Shown here: positions 61,148 through 64,000 of the stretch, piece by piece
Position numbering within the stretch: the first letter of the stretch is position 1
Layout of the letters: every line of letters begins with the position of its first letter
Origin: Eledone cirrhosa
Lineage: Eukaryota
Length of the DNA stretch: 64,000 nt
Direction of reading: 5' to 3'
Assembly: GCA_964016885.1 (NCBI GenBank)
Contig: OZ024756.1
Location: 20,212,001-20,276,000 of the forward strand
Made by a program: the position numbers and the translations under genes
Notes under the pieces: generated by a model
The model's input: only the letters and a program-made list of their open reading frames with translations
Database searches by the model: none
What the model was told of the DNA's origin: nothing

Positions 61148-62685
61148 ATATTGGTTTTTAATTTAGGCACAAGGCCAACAGTTTTAGGAAGGGGAAAGTT
61201 GATTAAATCGACACCAGTGCACTACTGGTACTTTATTTTATCGACCTCGTAAGGGTGAAAGGCAAAGCTGCTAACCTCGATGGGATTTGAACTCAGAACG
61301 TTAAGGGTCGTGATTCTATGCTTCAAAGCATGGTGACTGACGCTCTACTGATTCTGCCAATCCACCGCCCTAATAATAATATTGGTTTCTAATTTAGGCA
61401 CAAGGCCAGCAATTTTGGGGGGAAGGGAAAGTCAATTAAATCGTCCCCAGTGTGTTACTGGTACTTTGATTTATCGACTCCGTAAGAATGAAAGACAAAT
61501 CTAACCTCGGCAGGAATTGAACTTTTATCGTAAAAGGCCGTAACTCTATGCCATAAAACATATTGTCCGACGCTCCACCGATACTAAACCACCGTCCTAT
61601 GAGCACTCTAATATTAATAATTCTTTCTAGCATTGGCAAAAGGCCTACAATTTATGCGGAAAGGCGTGGGAAGGGGTGAAGTAGATTTTATCGATCCAGT
61701 ATATCACTGGTACTATATTTTTGCTACACCGGCAAAATGAAAGGCACAGTTTACCTCGGCGGGATTTCAACTCAGATCTTAAAGAACAGGAACGAAATAA
61801 TACAAAGCATCTCGTCCGGTACTCTACCGTAATAATAATGATTTCTAGTATAAGCACAAGGCCAGTAATTTGGGGGGAGGGGAAAGTCGATTAAATCGAC
61901 TGCGTGACTGGTACTTTATTTTATCGACCCAGTAAGGATGAAAGGCAAAGTTAGCTTCGGCGGGATTTGAACTCAGATCTAAAAGGGCCATAACTCTATG
62001 CCGTAAAGCATGACGTCCGACCCTATATCGATACTGCCAATCCACCGCCCTTACACTAGTAATAACTGTTTCTACTTTAGGCACAAGGCCAGCAAATATC
62101 CCAGTGTATTACTGGTACTTTATTTTATCGACCCCGTAAGGATGAAAGGCAAAGTTATTACACTAGTAATAATTGTTTCTACTTTAGGCACAAGGCCAGC
62201 AATTACCCAGTGTATTACTGGTACTTTATTTTATCGACCCCGTAAGGATGAAAGGCAAAGTCAACCTCGTGGATTTGAACTCCTAGTAATAATAATAGCA
62301 ATTCTTTCTATCAGCAAGCTGGATTATAACGACCGCAGTATTTTATTGGTATTTCATTTTGTCGACACTTGAAGGATTTGAATTCAGAACGTAAAGAGTC
62401 ATAAGTAAGTACTGCAAAGTGTTTTGTCCGGCGCTCTGCCGATTCTGCCAATCCACCGCCTCTTAGACTATTAATAATAATAGATCTATCTAATATAGGC
62501 ACAAGGACTCAGATTTGGAGTATAGAGGTACGTTCAAGTTGATCGAACGAAGTACACAACCGGAAGTTATTTTATTCATCACGGAAGGATGACAGGTAAA
62601 TACAGCTCTGGCAGGATGTGAACACAATCCAAAGAAGACGTAAATACCGCGAGGTATTTTGTCCATAGTGTTGTCGATTGTGTCA
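61148..62685 (-). mobile_element. Array of about 8-9 head-to-tail SINE family A copies of different divergence, separated by (TAA)n
   Basis: Tail motif GGCACAAGGCC and head motif CTGCCAATCCACCGCC recur throughout. Confidence 0.9.
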
Positions 62686-62834
62686 TACTAGGGACAGACT
62701 TAATTTTCTTTAAAGACTACATATTTCAAAATGAAACCAACTAGATACATTCAGTTACTACCAAATAGCTTATCTTCGAATAGTGGCCACGCTAGGCGCG
62801 CTGGTTACCCTCCACACCACTGACACTACAATTG

Positions 62835-63080
62835 GAAACGGACCTGTTGTTAAGGGGAAGCAATGGCATTGGATGGCCAGCCGGAAACGGGCCCGTTGCC
62901 AAGAGGGCGGGGAGCAATGACATTGGATGGCCAGCCGGAAACGGGACTGTTGCCAAAGGGCATAGTGACATTGGATGACAAACCGGGAATTGGCCCAGTT
63001 ACAAAGGGAACAATAATATTGGATGACCAACTATAGATGTATCCATTGCCAAAGGGGACAGTGGCATCGGATGGCCATCC
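62835..63080. repeat. Degenerate tandem repeat of about 50 bp, about 5 copies
   Basis: GTTGCCAA..GGG..CAATGACATTGGATGGCCAGCCGGAAACGGG-like units. Confidence 0.8.
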
Positions 63081-63531
63081 ACTGAGCCCTTACCCTAGGT
63101 TTCAATGATGTGCACTCAGATTTAGAAGCTTCGCTTAAGAATTCTTGCGAATAAGAATTAGAATTGGAGTGAGTGCCTGTCTAGAATGTTCTAAAGCAAA
63201 GTAGCAAAATCTGGCAACGAGGCTGGCCGGAAATCTTAGTGTATGCCACTCTGAAGGGAATAAAAATAGAATTGAACTTCTGCCTCTAAAACCCAATTCA
63301 TAGGGGTTTAACAGCTACCAAAAATCATCAGGGCTCTACAACACTATAGATTTCTCTATGGCATGAGCAGATGAAAACAAAACAAAAACAAACAAAACAA
63401 CTTAAGGCCTTTGTTTTCCACGTGTAAATGGTTATCAAACTTTATGAAGAAATAGTTAATAATGTATATTATCATCAGGAACCTTTTAAAACGCAATGAA
63501 TGCACGGCAGGATATTATTTTATACATGTTT

Positions 63532-63612
<81 letters not shown>

Positions 63613-63653
63613 TATATACACATATATATATACATGTATATATATACACATAC

Positions 63654-63684
<31 letters not shown>

Positions 63685-64000
63685 CATATATATAATATAT
63701 ATATATACATGTATATATACATATACATATATATATACATAAACATATATATATATATACATATACATATATATATATATACATATACATATATATATAT
63801 ACATATATATATATGCATATACATATATATATACATATACATATATATATATATACATATATATATATGCATATACATATATATATATGCATATACATAT
63901 ATATATATATACATATATATATACATATACATATACATATATACATGTATATACACATATACATATATATATATACATATACATATATATATATATATAT

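Overview
Eukaryotic, AT-rich animal DNA saturated with microsatellites. The SINE families and repeat style suggest a cephalopod such as Octopus, which is an inference. The only host gene I can recognise is the first coding exon of cytoplasmic dynein-2 heavy chain (DYNC2H1, minus strand, 189-374), with an RFX X-box about 3.2 kb upstream. The rest is transposon-derived or tandem repeat: two Penelope-like elements (PLEs), an R4/Dong-type element inside a (TAA)n tract, an L1/Tx1 3' fragment, several RTE 3' ends, two tRNA-derived SINE families, mariner/pogo/hAT MITEs, a Helitron end and a 5.2 kb trinucleotide-based minisatellite. Most ORFs in the supplied track are microsatellite artefacts. The most notable hidden signal is a set of about ten minimal hammerhead-ribozyme (HHR) motifs. 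They sit in PLE 3' ends, in short microsatellite-embedded non-autonomous elements and in fold-back palindromes, and several share unusual core variants (CUGUUGA, CCGAUGA, UUGAAAA). Both PLE 5' junctions show signs of template switching. All structures were folded by eye; no alignment or search was run.
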